Shown: positions 8,858 to 18,123 of the stretch, in pieces
Layout of the letters: the number at the start of each line of letters is the position of its first letter
How positions within the stretch are numbered: position 1 is the first letter of the stretch
Assembly: GCA_965238125.1 (NCBI GenBank)
Contig: OZ250179.1
Location: 506,981 to 570,980 of the forward strand
Reading direction: 5' to 3'
DNA from: Bryobacterales bacterium
GTDB lineage: Bacteria; Acidobacteriota; Terriglobia; Bryobacterales; UBA6623
Length of the DNA: 64,000 nt
Notes under the pieces: model-generated
What the model saw: the letters and a program-made list of their open reading frames with translations, nothing else
What the model was told of the DNA's origin: nothing
Databases searched by the model: none
Made by a program: the position numbers and the translations under genes

Positions 8858-11800
8858 TTACGGGCCGATCGGCAGCAGCGTGTCTTGGCTTGCCACGCCG
8901 CCGGATACCACGGACAATTTGCGGTTGCCAAGTTGCGCGTCGGTGGGCACGCGAAAATTGATTTGGTACGCCGAGATCAATTCCGGTGCGTAGAACGATC
9001 CTAAGACTTCCACGCCCTCGTCGTCGATCCCGACCACGGGCGAAACGACACTGCGCGCCGCGGGGACCGGCCCGGGGACGTTTGTCGCGACCTCGGGATC
9101 GGTAAGCCCCAGTCCCGTCAGAAACAACAAGACCACCTTTCCGCGCCGGGCCGGATTGGAAGGCTCGACCAAGGAGAAGTCCGGGTGCAGCGCGGCGGCA
9201 ATCCGCACTCCGTCCCGCCGATTCTCGAAAATACCCGGTTGTACCGGGAAGAGGGGAACCCCTCTAACCGTCGACTGGGCTCCGTTGTTTTCGATGCGAA
9301 CCGTCGCCGTGCTGGGGGCCGTCAAGCCGAAAGGCACTTGGACGTTGATCTGCTCTTGCCCGTTGACATTCGCCAGTCCCAAGATCGGCGCTGCAACGCC
9401 GTTGATCCGCACGCGTACGCCTCGCAGGATCGTCGAGAAGGGAAACTCCCGCGGAAGTACCGCGCCGTTCACGCCTTCCATCAACTCGACGCCGAAAATG
9501 CTGCCGGCGCTTCCCGGGACCCAGCCCTGCCGGAAGCTCGCTCCGTTGACGAACCCGAGAGTGGTCACTTGCGGAAGACGCCCGATCGTGTTGAGCGTAA
9601 AAGAAACGTTTCTGCCGACGGCCGAGGCCGCTATGCGGATTGTTCCCAATACCGCTCCGGCCCGCACCGAGGCCTGCGCGCGCCCCAACGAATTCGTCGT
9701 GACCGTGGTTTCGGTGGTGATCGTCGCCGACCCCTGCACGACGGCGAATGTAATCTCCACGCCGGGTACGCCTTGGTTGTTGTCGTCACGAGCTTCGACG
9801 ACAAGCGGGAAAGCCGCAATCTCGCCCAGCGCCAGAGTTTGGTTGTTCCCCGAAACGATCGCCAGTTGGGTGGCATCGACTTCGACCGTTAGGTTGAAAA
9901 CAGCCGTCATGGAGCCCGATGTTGCCGTGATGGTGAACGGCCCCGGGCGATTGCCGAGCCTGACGAGGGTCGACGCCCGACCTTGGCCGTCGGTGGTCCC
10001 GATCGTGTTGACGAGCATCGCGGCCTCGGGAGGCTCGACGGACCACGTCACACTGGCTCCCTGAACGGCGTTCTCGCAGATATCGGTGACTCGCGCGACG
10101 AGGGCGACTTGATTCAGTAGTTGCCCGGGTGAACCGCTCTGGTTGTCGCCCTGAGCCTTGGTGATGAGACCCGCCGGTCCGCGAGAGGCCCGAAACTCCA
10201 CGCTCAACACGGGATCTCCATCGGGCTCCAAGGCGATGTCGATCGAGCCCAGGCCGGAAGAACATCCGAAGGTAACCGACGTCTCGGCACGGCCGTTGAA
10301 GCCGGTGAGCCCCACGACGGGATCGAATGTCGCGCCGCGATCGGAGGAAAAGAAAATCGCCGCGCCGGCGACGGGGTCTTCGTCGACGTCAAGAGCAAGG
10401 ACTTCGATCGCGTCCTCCACCGTCTCGCCGACCAGTACCTCCAAGAAATCATCGGTTAGAAGAATCAGGGAATCGACGTCCTCCGAGCTGGTCGGAACAA
10501 CGGTAACTCTGAACGGGGAGGGCAGCGACCTGCCGAAATCGTCCGAGACGAGAACTTGGACGTCGGTCGGCACGACGACGCTGCCGGTATTGCAAGTGAT
10601 CGAAGCGAGTCCGTTCGGCCCGGTCATGACGCTGACGGGACACAGCAGCAAGAACTGATCCGTCGTGCTGACCGACAATTCAAGGTCGGCTTGTGGCTCG
10701 CCATCGAGGACGGCGCTTACGACGAGCGGCACGGGCAACGTTGCGTTGCGGGGCGCGACTTGGTTGTCGCCCGACACCTTGAGAAGTCCTTCTTCCGTTG
10801 GAGCTTCGCTGAGAATGGTCGCCGAGAAAGGAACATCGAGCTCTTGAAGAAAGTCGTCGCTCACGAAAATCTGCACGGCGGTTGTCGATCCCACGACACC
10901 GGCGGTGCAGCTGATGGTTCCGACGCCGCTCGAGTCGGTCAGCACGCCGCTGTTGCAAGACACCACGCCGCCCGGAATCGCGCTCACCGTAAGTACGGCG
11001 TCCTCTTGCGGCTCGCCGGCCACGCGGTCCGCCACGCGGAGCGGCTCGGGGAATGCGCTGTTTTGCAGAACGGTCTGGTTGTCGCCCGACAGCTTGGTCA
11101 AGCCGCTGATCGGCACGTCTTCGTTGACGATGGTGGCCGCGAACGGATCGCCGATGGTGCGCCCGCCGTCGTCGCTGACCGAGATTAGCACGACGGTATT
11201 TTCCGCGACGCCGAGAGCGCTGCAAGTGAAGGAGGCTTCCCCGCTCGAATCCACCAATCCGCCGTTGGAGGTGACGCACGAGACGGTGCCGCTTGGTTCG
11301 CTGGATACAGAGATTACGGCGCCTTCCTGCGCCACGGTGGAAACGAAATCGGTCACTTTGAAGGTGGTCGAGAAGGATTCGCCTTCGGTGACGACTTGGG
11401 CGTCGCCGGTCAGCTTCTGGAGCCCCTCCCGTCCGGGCACCAACGGCACGATCGACACGGTGAAGGGCGCTGTGGGCGCCCTGCCGAAGCTGTCGACAAT
11501 CAGAATTGACTCACTCGACAAGTCGCCAACGACCGAGGCGTCGCAGGAAAACACGACCAGCCCTTCCGAGTCCGTAGCGACGAGAGGGTTGTCGCAGGAC
11601 GCGGCGGCGCCGGGAAACGTTCCGACCAAGTTGACAACGACCTCGGGCTGCGGATTACCGCCGTCGCTGAGCGCCTGCGCGACAACGGCGAAAGAGGAGC
11701 CCGAGCGTACGATCTGCTCGTCGCCGGAGAACTTATTCAACGATCCTTCTTGCGCGATGGGCGGCGAGGTCAACGACACGGCGTCGGGCGAGGATGCCAA

Positions 11801-12829
11801 GGCCGTCTCCGCCGTCGGGGCGTCCGCGGCGGTATCCCATCGGACGAGTCTTCCGGTTTCGGTCAGCAGGTAGAGCAAACGGCCGTCGGGCGACGCCGTC
11901 AGATCCGCCACGCCGTCGGGAATTTCGTCCGGCGCGAGCACGCGCCCGCCCGCGGTCGGCGCCGAACCCAGAACGCCCCGCATCCACTTCTCGCCGCTTC
12001 GCAGAAAGAAGAGGCCGCGGGCCGCCACGAGCAGCCGATCGATGAGAGGCTGAGCGCCCGCCGCCTCGAAGCTGCCCGGGAGATTGCGCGATTTCTCGTT
12101 GCCCGCCGCCGCTATCGGCAGCGGTGTGAAAAACGTCTCCGCGCGCTCATCGAGGGCGTAAATCGCGCCCCGAGTCGAGACGTAAACCCGGGAGCCGTCC
12201 GCGGCGGTTGTGATCGCGCCGGGCGGTTCGGGCAACAACAGCGCGGTCTCTCGTAGCTCGCCGGCCTCGATGTCGACGACGCGCACATGGCCCGCCCGCG
12301 CCGGGATCAGATAAACCCTGCGCGAATCGCCCCTGACCGCGAGGCCGACGGCTTCGAATCCCAGCTCGATTTCGGCGCGGATCGTTTCCGTCGAGGTGTC
12401 GATGAGAAACAGCGTTTGGCCCGCGGCGACGGCCAGCAGACTCCGGTCGTGAGACAGCGCGGCAGCCGCCGGCAAACTTCGGGTCGGGAGAAAAAGCGTA
12501 CCGCGCGGCGAAAAATCGGCGTTCAAAATCGAGATGCCGTTTTCGGAAACGACCAAGAACTTTTCCGACTCGCCGCCGCCGGAGCCGGGAATCGAAAACG
12601 CCCCGATGGCTCCCCGTCCGACCGTCAACGAGGCGGCCGGGGCAAGCGACGAAGCGTCGTAGACCGTCACCTCCATCGCGGCTCGTTCAAAGACGAACAA
12701 ATGGTTCGGCGCCGCGCCCGACCACGATCCAACCACCGTGCACAACAGGATCGGAAGCCGTCTCAACCAAGCCGTTCCCGTCACATTTCCTCCGTCATGG
12801 AAGCGGCCGCGAAAGAAGGCGGGCCGCAA
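8858..12829 (-). CDS. Large secreted/surface protein: N-terminal propeller-like region, at least six tandem Ig-like (Big_1/invasin-like) repeats, C-terminal TIGR03437-type domain
   Basis: 1323-aa ORF. The repeat opener L.K.SGD.Q recurs every ~100 aa (LNKFSGDEQIV, LQKLTGDAQVV, LTKLSGDNQTV, LLKVSGDNQVA, ITKAQGDNQSG, LAIVSGNNQTL). The C-terminal ~230 aa (GFVNGASFRQG...ISAYQINFRVP...) resemble the Solibacter uncharacterised C-terminal domain. Confidence 0.8.
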   Translation of the reverse strand: MRPAFFRGRFHDGGNVTGTAWLRRLPILLCTVVGSWSGAAPNHLFVFERAAMEVTVYDASSLAPAASLTVGRGAIGAFSIPGSGGGESEKFLVVSENGISILNADFSPRGTLFLPTRSLPAAAALSHDRSLLAVAAGQTLFLIDTSTETIRAEIELGFEAVGLAVRGDSRRVYLIPARAGHVRVVDIEAGELRETALLLPEPPGAITTAADGSRVYVSTRGAIYALDERAETFFTPLPIAAAGNEKSRNLPGSFEAAGAQPLIDRLLVAARGLFFLRSGEKWMRGVLGSAPTAGGRVLAPDEIPDGVADLTASPDGRLLYLLTETGRLVRWDTAADAPTAETALASSPDAVSLTSPPIAQEGSLNKFSGDEQIVRSGSSFAVVAQALSDGGNPQPEVVVNLVGTFPGAAASCDNPLVATDSEGLVVFSCDASVVGDLSSESILIVDSFGRAPTAPFTVSIVPLVPGREGLQKLTGDAQVVTEGESFSTTFKVTDFVSTVAQEGAVISVSSEPSGTVSCVTSNGGLVDSSGEASFTCSALGVAENTVVLISVSDDGGRTIGDPFAATIVNEDVPISGLTKLSGDNQTVLQNSAFPEPLRVADRVAGEPQEDAVLTVSAIPGGVVSCNSGVLTDSSGVGTISCTAGVVGSTTAVQIFVSDDFLQELDVPFSATILSEAPTEEGLLKVSGDNQVAPRNATLPVPLVVSAVLDGEPQADLELSVSTTDQFLLLCPVSVMTGPNGLASITCNTGSVVVPTDVQVLVSDDFGRSLPSPFRVTVVPTSSEDVDSLILLTDDFLEVLVGETVEDAIEVLALDVDEDPVAGAAIFFSSDRGATFDPVVGLTGFNGRAETSVTFGCSSGLGSIDIALEPDGDPVLSVEFRASRGPAGLITKAQGDNQSGSPGQLLNQVALVARVTDICENAVQGASVTWSVEPPEAAMLVNTIGTTDGQGRASTLVRLGNRPGPFTITATSGSMTAVFNLTVEVDATQLAIVSGNNQTLALGEIAAFPLVVEARDDNNQGVPGVEITFAVVQGSATITTETTVTTNSLGRAQASVRAGAVLGTIRIAASAVGRNVSFTLNTIGRLPQVTTLGFVNGASFRQGWVPGSAGSIFGVELMEGVNGAVLPREFPFSTILRGVRVRINGVAAPILGLANVNGQEQINVQVPFGLTAPSTATVRIENNGAQSTVRGVPLFPVQPGIFENRRDGVRIAAALHPDFSLVEPSNPARRGKVVLLFLTGLGLTDPEVATNVPGPVPAARSVVSPVVGIDDEGVEVLGSFYAPELISAYQINFRVPTDAQLGNRKLSVVSGGVASQDTLLPIGP

Positions 12830-13275
12830 GCCCTGAAAGCGGCGAACACTGGCGCCGTCAGCATCATTCGAAAGATCCGTCGACTCGCTGAAGGACTACA
12901 ACAAACGGGGGTCAGGCCGTTTCTATGAACCCGCTGTTTCATATTCGTACCGCAACAAGAAATGCGGGTCGGCGACGAGGCAGGAGTGTGCGACATCAGT
13001 AGCAGAGGGTCGACGGCCCGGGATCGGGCGCTTCCGTGCCTGCAATCTTCTCTTGGATCGACCATGGCTAAAGCCGTATGGGAAAAGGCCGTTGCAACGG
13101 CCTCGCACCGGACAACGCGCCCTTTCAACCGGCCCTACAAGGGCCGGCCTATTTGCAACCCAAGCCCAGTGAACCGGGCTAACCGCCGGACTCGGTTGTC
13201 GATTCAACCCAACTGCTCGATACGCTCCCCATTTTTCACAGCTCATAAGCGAGCGCTGCATGGAATCAGTTTCAG

Positions 13276-14937
13276 CCCGCATTTTCAATTTGATGTTTGA
13301 CATCCCGACCTTCCAGCGGCCTTGAGCGTCTTTATTCATAGGGGCTAGAGCCCGATGAGGACGCCATGGAGGCCAACACCCAATGGGTGAAAAACAAACC
13401 AAGCCATTCCAGCTAAGTTTCAACGGCTTGTTGAAAGTCGATTTCCAGGGATCGCATGTCACTTCCGACGGTGGCCTGATTTTGGTTCGCGAACTGGACG
13501 AGCGGCTCGGTCTCGGGAAGCTGATCGATGAGTATCTCAGCGACTCGCGACAAGGCTTGAACAAGAAGTTCCCGCTGGCCGATCTGCTGCGCCAGTCGAT
13601 CTACAGCCGCTTGGCAGGCTACGAGGACGTCAACGACGCCGTCCGAGTGTCGGCTGACCCGACGTTTCACTTGATCGGCTCGCAGAGGAACTGGGATCGC
13701 CGAGCGGCCTTGACCTCGACGCTGCATGGCTTCGAGACGGAGATGCTGGCGAGCGAAGAGAACCTGCTGGGGCTGATGGCGCTGAACCGAGAGCTGGTCG
13801 GGCAAGCGGAGGCGTTCGACGACTCCGAGCGGGTCGTTCTGGACATGGACTCCACCGAGAGTCCGGTCCATGGCCAACAGGAAGGCAGTGCCTACAACGG
13901 ACACTTCGAGTCGGTCTGCTACCACCCGTTGCTTTTGTTCAACGGTCATGGTGATTGCCTCGCTGCCAAGCTGCGTCCCGGCAACGTGCACAGCGCCGAG
14001 GACTGGGATGAGCTATTGTTGCCGGAGATCGAGCGCCAACAGGCTGCGGGCAAGCAGGTCGCCTTCCGGGGCGATGCCGCCTTTGCCAAGCCGGAGATCT
14101 ACGAGGCGCTGGAGGAGCGCGGCGCGGACTACGCGATCCGCATTCCGGCCAATAAGAACCTGGAGCTGGAGATCGAAGACATCCTGTTTCGTCCGCCGGG
14201 GAGGCCCGGCCGCAAGCCGCTAGTGCGCTACAAGAGCTTTCGCTATCAGGCGGAGAGCTGGAAGGGGCCGAGACGAGTTGTCGCCAAGGTCGAGCACCAC
14301 CAGGGCGAGCTATTCGCGCGCGTCGGTTTTATCGTGACGAACATGAGCTTGCCAAGCCGGTCGGTGGTGCGTTTCTACAACAAGCGCGGCACGGCGGAGC
14401 AGTGGATCAAAGAAGGTAAGCAAGCGACGCACTGGACGCGGCTGTCGTGCCATCGCTTCCGGGCGAACGAGGTGCGCTTGCAGTTAAGCGTGCCGGCCTA
14501 CAACCTGGGCAACCTGTGGCGGCGACTCGGGTTGCCGCACAGGATCAAGACGTGGTCACTGACGAGCTTGCAGCAGCGGTTGATGAAGACGGGCGGCAGA
14601 TTGGTCAAGCACGCGCGGTACTACTGGTTGCTCTTGGCCGAGGGACATCTGAACCGGCGGCTGTTTGGCGACATGCTGCGGAGGATCTGGGCGCTGCCTG
14701 TGCCGGGTGGTTAGCACCGCACTTGGCGAATGCGAAATCTGTGTACTGAGGACGGAAGCTCGGAGGGGTGTCTGCGAAATTGACTTCGCAGCGGCGGATC
14801 AGCCCCCATGAGGGGCAAGAAGGGGGCTCGATCGGTCCCGCCTCAGCCGCCGCCTCTTTCGGGTGGAGAAATGGTTGCGCTTCGCCGGGTGAGGGTGTAG
14901 ACTCGTGCCGTCAGAGGAGCCAAATCGGAAATCCTGG
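13276..14937 (+). mobile_element. IS1380-family insertion sequence, copy 1 (subtype A)
   Basis: Ends are defined by comparing six copies: left end CCCGCATTTTCAATTTGAT, right end ...AAATCGGAAATCCTGG (imperfect ~17-bp terminal inverted repeat, 13/17). No target duplication: the left flank is TTCAG and the right side abuts an inverted IS remnant. Confidence 0.85.
13383..14714 (+). CDS. IS1380-family DDE transposase (443 aa)
   Basis: MGEKQTKPFQLSFNG...VTSDGGLILVRELDERLGLG...VLDMDSTESPVHGQQEGSAYNGHFES.CYHPLLLFN...LRPGNVHSA...RGDAAFA...RFYNKRGTAEQWIKEGK...AYNLGNLWRRL. This is the layout of the DDE group-1 (IS1380) transposases. Confidence 0.9.
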   Translation: MGEKQTKPFQLSFNGLLKVDFQGSHVTSDGGLILVRELDERLGLGKLIDEYLSDSRQGLNKKFPLADLLRQSIYSRLAGYEDVNDAVRVSADPTFHLIGSQRNWDRRAALTSTLHGFETEMLASEENLLGLMALNRELVGQAEAFDDSERVVLDMDSTESPVHGQQEGSAYNGHFESVCYHPLLLFNGHGDCLAAKLRPGNVHSAEDWDELLLPEIERQQAAGKQVAFRGDAAFAKPEIYEALEERGADYAIRIPANKNLELEIEDILFRPPGRPGRKPLVRYKSFRYQAESWKGPRRVVAKVEHHQGELFARVGFIVTNMSLPSRSVVRFYNKRGTAEQWIKEGKQATHWTRLSCHRFRANEVRLQLSVPAYNLGNLWRRLGLPHRIKTWSLTSLQQRLMKTGGRLVKHARYYWLLLAEGHLNRRLFGDMLRRIWALPVPGG

Positions 14938-15065
14938 TTTGTTTTCTTTTTCACCCATTGGGTGTTGATCTCCTCAGCGCCTTGAGTGCTTTCAAGCCCG
15001 CATAAATAAAGGCGTCCGAGTCCACCCGATGGTTAGCAGAACCGAAACTAAAGTGGAAATCCGGG
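14938..15065 (-). mobile_element. Remnant of a diverged IS1380-family left end (128 bp, inverted relative to copy 1)
   Basis: The reverse complement reads CCCGGATTTCCACTTTAG...GACGCCTTTATTTATGCGGGC...GATCAACACCCAATGGGTGAAAAAGAAAACAAA. That is a left terminus, leader and the first ~7 transposase codons (MGEKENK), cut off by the right end of copy 1. Confidence 0.6.
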
Positions 15066-15739
15066 ATAAGGAAGCGCTACGTCTGCAGCCTGACTTCCCC
15101 CGGGCGTACAAGAACCTAGCTGCGGCGCTAAGACGCCTGGGTCGGAAAAAAGAGGCTGATTCTTATGTGCAAAAAGCCGAGGAAGGAAACCTAACGCGTG
15201 TCAAAGATGCCGGTAGGCGATACGAGCTGCCTGGTTTTTCCGTGCTGCCTCCGAAGGGTAAGAAATGGAACGCACAGAGAGAGGGAAACCGCATTGTGTT
15301 TGAAAAAGACACAGGCACCAACGGACGACGTACTGTTATTGCCTTTGCTTTCTCCAAATTTCTGGGGTCCGAACTGGCGGCACTTAGCACAGAGCGGCGG
15401 CTAGCCGCGATTGAAATGGCAGCGGGGCGGCAATCCGAAAATGACGGACGCTACAAGCCGTTGGACAGTAGTGTTTCCAGGGTCTCCTCGGACAATGCGA
15501 AAGGTGGAACTTGCGTCAAAAGGGAGTTTACATCCGAGGACCACGGCGTGCCCTATGCTCCGGGTAAAGTTTTTATCCTCACGGGGGCAGACTCCTACTG
15601 TCTTCACCCGGAGATTCGCGAACCATTGATGGTTCAGGTCTCATACAGTCAACGATATCCCAAGGGGAAGAAACCGCTGCCGATCGAGTCGGAGCTTGAA
15701 CCGTTTGTGGGGGGTCTTAGTTTCACTCCCGTTCGGTAG
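15066..15739 (+). pseudogene. 5'-truncated gene: TPR tail plus an uncharacterised C-terminal domain
   Basis: Track ORF 15029..15739. Its first 12 codons are IS-remnant sequence. Native sequence starts ...DKEALRLQPDFPRAYKNLAAALRRLGRKKEADSYVQKAEE (the end of a TPR array). GC is noticeably lower than in the flanks. Confidence 0.4.
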
Positions 15740-15893
15740 CTCCACGGTTTAGACTGGCCCGAGACGCCGCGTTCGTGGACAAGCAAAGGAGAAACCGCGA
15801 GCCGGCCTGAGCGGCTGCCGCGGCCGGTGGCCGCCAACGACGCGCCGACCCAAATCGACGGATGGATCGTTTCGGGTCGTGTCCGCGGACCCC

Positions 15894-16115
15894 TTACAGG
15901 CGCACGATCTTCTCGTCAACGATTCCGGGGTAACGGTTGCGCGTGTCCACTAACCTCGGGCAGGTTTCGAGCAGACCGTCATAGTCGAGCTCGGAGTGGT
16001 CGGCGACAATGACGGCGCAATCGGACGCCGCGGCGGCTTCGAGCAAGTCCGCGGACTCGCGCACCTGCCCGTCGATCTCGAGGCTCGGGACAAACGGGTC
16101 GGTATAGCTGATAAT
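15894..16115 (-). pseudogene. C-terminal fragment of a nucleotide-sugar (UDP-glucose/GDP-mannose type) dehydrogenase
   Basis: Own translation: ...SYTDPFVPSLEIDGQVRESADLLEAAAASDCAVIVADHSELDYDGLLETCPRLVDTRNRYPGIVDEKIVRL*. This matches the C-terminal domain pattern of the family (..yDP.v......ad.vvi.t.H.e.....l......vvDtRn). No upstream part is present. Confidence 0.5.
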
Positions 16116-16583
16116 CCCGCTTCAAAACGGTCTCGAACGACGCTTTCTCATGGAGCAACTGGAAGCCAAGATTCAGGAAGTGCAGTCGGTCCAGCGGAGC
16201 CTGCAAGACATTCAAGCGCAGATCATCAAGGCTTTCATGTAAGGGATTGCCCGGAGCTATCCATCCCTATTCGCCGACTCGGAGTCCTTGTTACGCTGTC
16301 AGTTCAGGTCGCGGGGCGATTAGCCGCTTTTCTCATCGCGTGGCGGGGCAAAGTGCATGAGAGGCCCGTCAGTACGAGGCGCGCGCCGCTTGACGAGCGG
16401 AGGCGTACTTGAACAGTACGGTGAGCACGGCGAGCAAGCGCAACGAAGTAATGGCGGGCCTATCGTGTGCTTTGCCCGTCAGGCGGTGAGAAATGCGGGT
16501 TAGATCCTTACAATGCGCAGAGGCCCGCCTAGGTGAAATGCCGGCCGGCTTTCGGTTCGACCACGGCGAAGACATCGCATTTT

Positions 16584-16959
16584 CTACTCGGCGCGGCGAT
16601 TCATATACCGCAACGTCAGGTCACGGTCGGCAACGAAGATATTCGCGCCGACGTTTTCGAGAGATCCCTTGAGGCCGTCGCGCCAATGCGCCACCTGCAA
16701 GCCTTCGTGGTCGGAAGCTAAGATTCGATAGCCGCCACCCGGGTTGACGATTACCGCCGCCCCATTACCGACGCCGGCGGGCGCCGGATGGATAGTCAAC
16801 GCGGGGCGATCGATCACGTCGTCACCCTTGGCTCCGGGGGCTCCATCGGGCCAGAAGAATTTGCTCATGGGCGACCGGCTTTGGCTCACCGCCGGCCGCC
16901 GCCGACCCGCGTGCCGGGATGACGCCGACCAGCGTCGAGGCGGCCAATGACGTTTTCAT
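16584..16959 (-). pseudogene. Alpha/beta-hydrolase (esterase/lipase-type) N-terminal fragment, frameshifted
   Basis: A signal-like start MKTSLAASTLVGVIPARGSAAAGG (ATG at 16959) lies in one frame. Another frame gives ...FFWPDGAPGAKGDDVIDRPALTIHPAPAGVGNGAAVIVNPGGGYRILASDHEGLQVAHW. The family pattern is lost after ~60 aa. Confidence 0.45.
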
Positions 16960-16969
16960 TGGATTCCCC

Positions 16970-18031
16970 TCAGGGTGCGTCGCGCTCCCACAGGCCGGAC
17001 TGCGGATCCCGGCCGTCAGGCGAGCCGCCGGCGACGACGAGCCGGTCGCCGATGATGGCCGCGGCGGGTGACGACAAGGGCTTCGGTAATTCACCGAGTT
17101 CCTTCCACTCGCCGTCGGATGAGAGCGCCCGGATTGAGGCTTCGATCTTTCGATTGTCCGGACCGCCCGTCATGCCGCCGATCATGAACACTCGGTCGCC
17201 GCTCAGGAACGTGCTTCCTTCCGCGTGGGAGTGCGGCGCCGGCAGTGCGGGGCCGCTGCTCCAAGAGTCGGTCGCGGGATCGTAGACGTCGGTGCGCGAT
17301 TGATCGGTTTGGCCGCTGTCGTGATTGAACTGGCCGCCCATTACATAGATCTTGCCGCCGAGCGTAACCGTGCCGAACTGATTGCGGGCCGCCGGCATGG
17401 GGGCGGCGAGCTTCCATTCGCCGGAACCTTCGGTAGCGGTGTCGAGGTCGAGCACCCAGTGGTCCGCCGAGTCAGTGTCGCGGTCGGACATTAGCCCTCC
17501 AATGTAGTGCAGCTGGCGACCAACGAGCGCGAGGCCGCCTCCGGCGCGCGGCTCGGGCAGCGAGGGCCCGGCGACATAGGTGTCGCTGTCGATGTCGTAC
17601 TTCCACACCTCATCGATCGCCTTGCCCGGGTAGCCGTCCTTAAAGCCGCCGGCGATCCACACCGAGCGGCCGTCGAGGACGGTGTTGATGTGAGTGATCG
17701 CGCTCGGCAGGTCGGCGAGTTGTCTCCAGGTTTTCTCCGTGGGATCGTAGACGTCGGCGCGCTTGCTCGACTTGGTCCCCATGGTGTATCCGCCGAAGAG
17801 GTAGAGGCTGTCGTCGATCACGACGGTCCCCGACTCCCACCGCGCCACGGGCATGTCGGAGAGTTGTTGCCAAGAGCCCTTTTCTAGGGAGGCCCCTTTT
17901 TGCCCCCGCGGCGGCGAATCTGTCTTGGGCGAGGGGGGCGCGCAAGACCAGATCGCCGCGAGCGCGGCCAGGACGAAGCCCGCGCGGAAGCCACGTCGAG
18001 TGAGTCGGTCGTTTGTCAGTATCGTCATCAT
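16970..18031 (-). CDS. Secreted Kelch-repeat beta-propeller protein
   Basis: Repeated motifs such as ...LYLFGGY...VYDP..W..L..LP, with probable start MMTILTNDRLTRRGFRAGFVLAALAAIWSCA (signal peptide). The track ORF extends to 18127. Confidence 0.8.
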   Translation of the reverse strand: MMTILTNDRLTRRGFRAGFVLAALAAIWSCAPPSPKTDSPPRGQKGASLEKGSWQQLSDMPVARWESGTVVIDDSLYLFGGYTMGTKSSKRADVYDPTEKTWRQLADLPSAITHINTVLDGRSVWIAGGFKDGYPGKAIDEVWKYDIDSDTYVAGPSLPEPRAGGGLALVGRQLHYIGGLMSDRDTDSADHWVLDLDTATEGSGEWKLAAPMPAARNQFGTVTLGGKIYVMGGQFNHDSGQTDQSRTDVYDPATDSWSSGPALPAPHSHAEGSTFLSGDRVFMIGGMTGGPDNRKIEASIRALSSDGEWKELGELPKPLSSPAAAIIGDRLVVAGGSPDGRDPQSGLWERDAP

Positions 18032-18123
18032 CCTCTCCCCTTTTCGCGCGATACGAGACGCGACCCAGCGCCAACAGCCGGCGCGGAGGGTCTCACCCCT
18101 TGCGCGTCTTTGATTGCCGCCGT

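Noticed and set aside
13086-13101. A perfect 16-nt palindrome GGCCGTTGCAACGGCC, followed on the minus strand by TTTTCC, looks like a terminator.
   Set aside because: No minus-strand gene ends upstream of it; the next feature is a plus-strand IS. It may be an orphaned terminator of a gene destroyed by the IS, but this is unsupported.
12923-13564. A 213-aa minus-strand ORF spans the IS1380 copy 1 left end, and similar ORFs lie antisense to each transposase gene (for example 13413..13991 and 30082..30660).
   Set aside because: They recur only because the IS recurs. They cross the IS boundary or lie antisense to a well-supported transposase, and they show no family motifs.
16129-16242. The coiled-coil tail ORF ...LERRFLMEQLEAKIQEVQSVQRSLQDIQAQIIKAFM* could be the end of a type I restriction S subunit.
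   Set aside because: There is only a vague resemblance to the HsdS C-terminal helix, and no target-recognition domain or hsdM/hsdR genes nearby.
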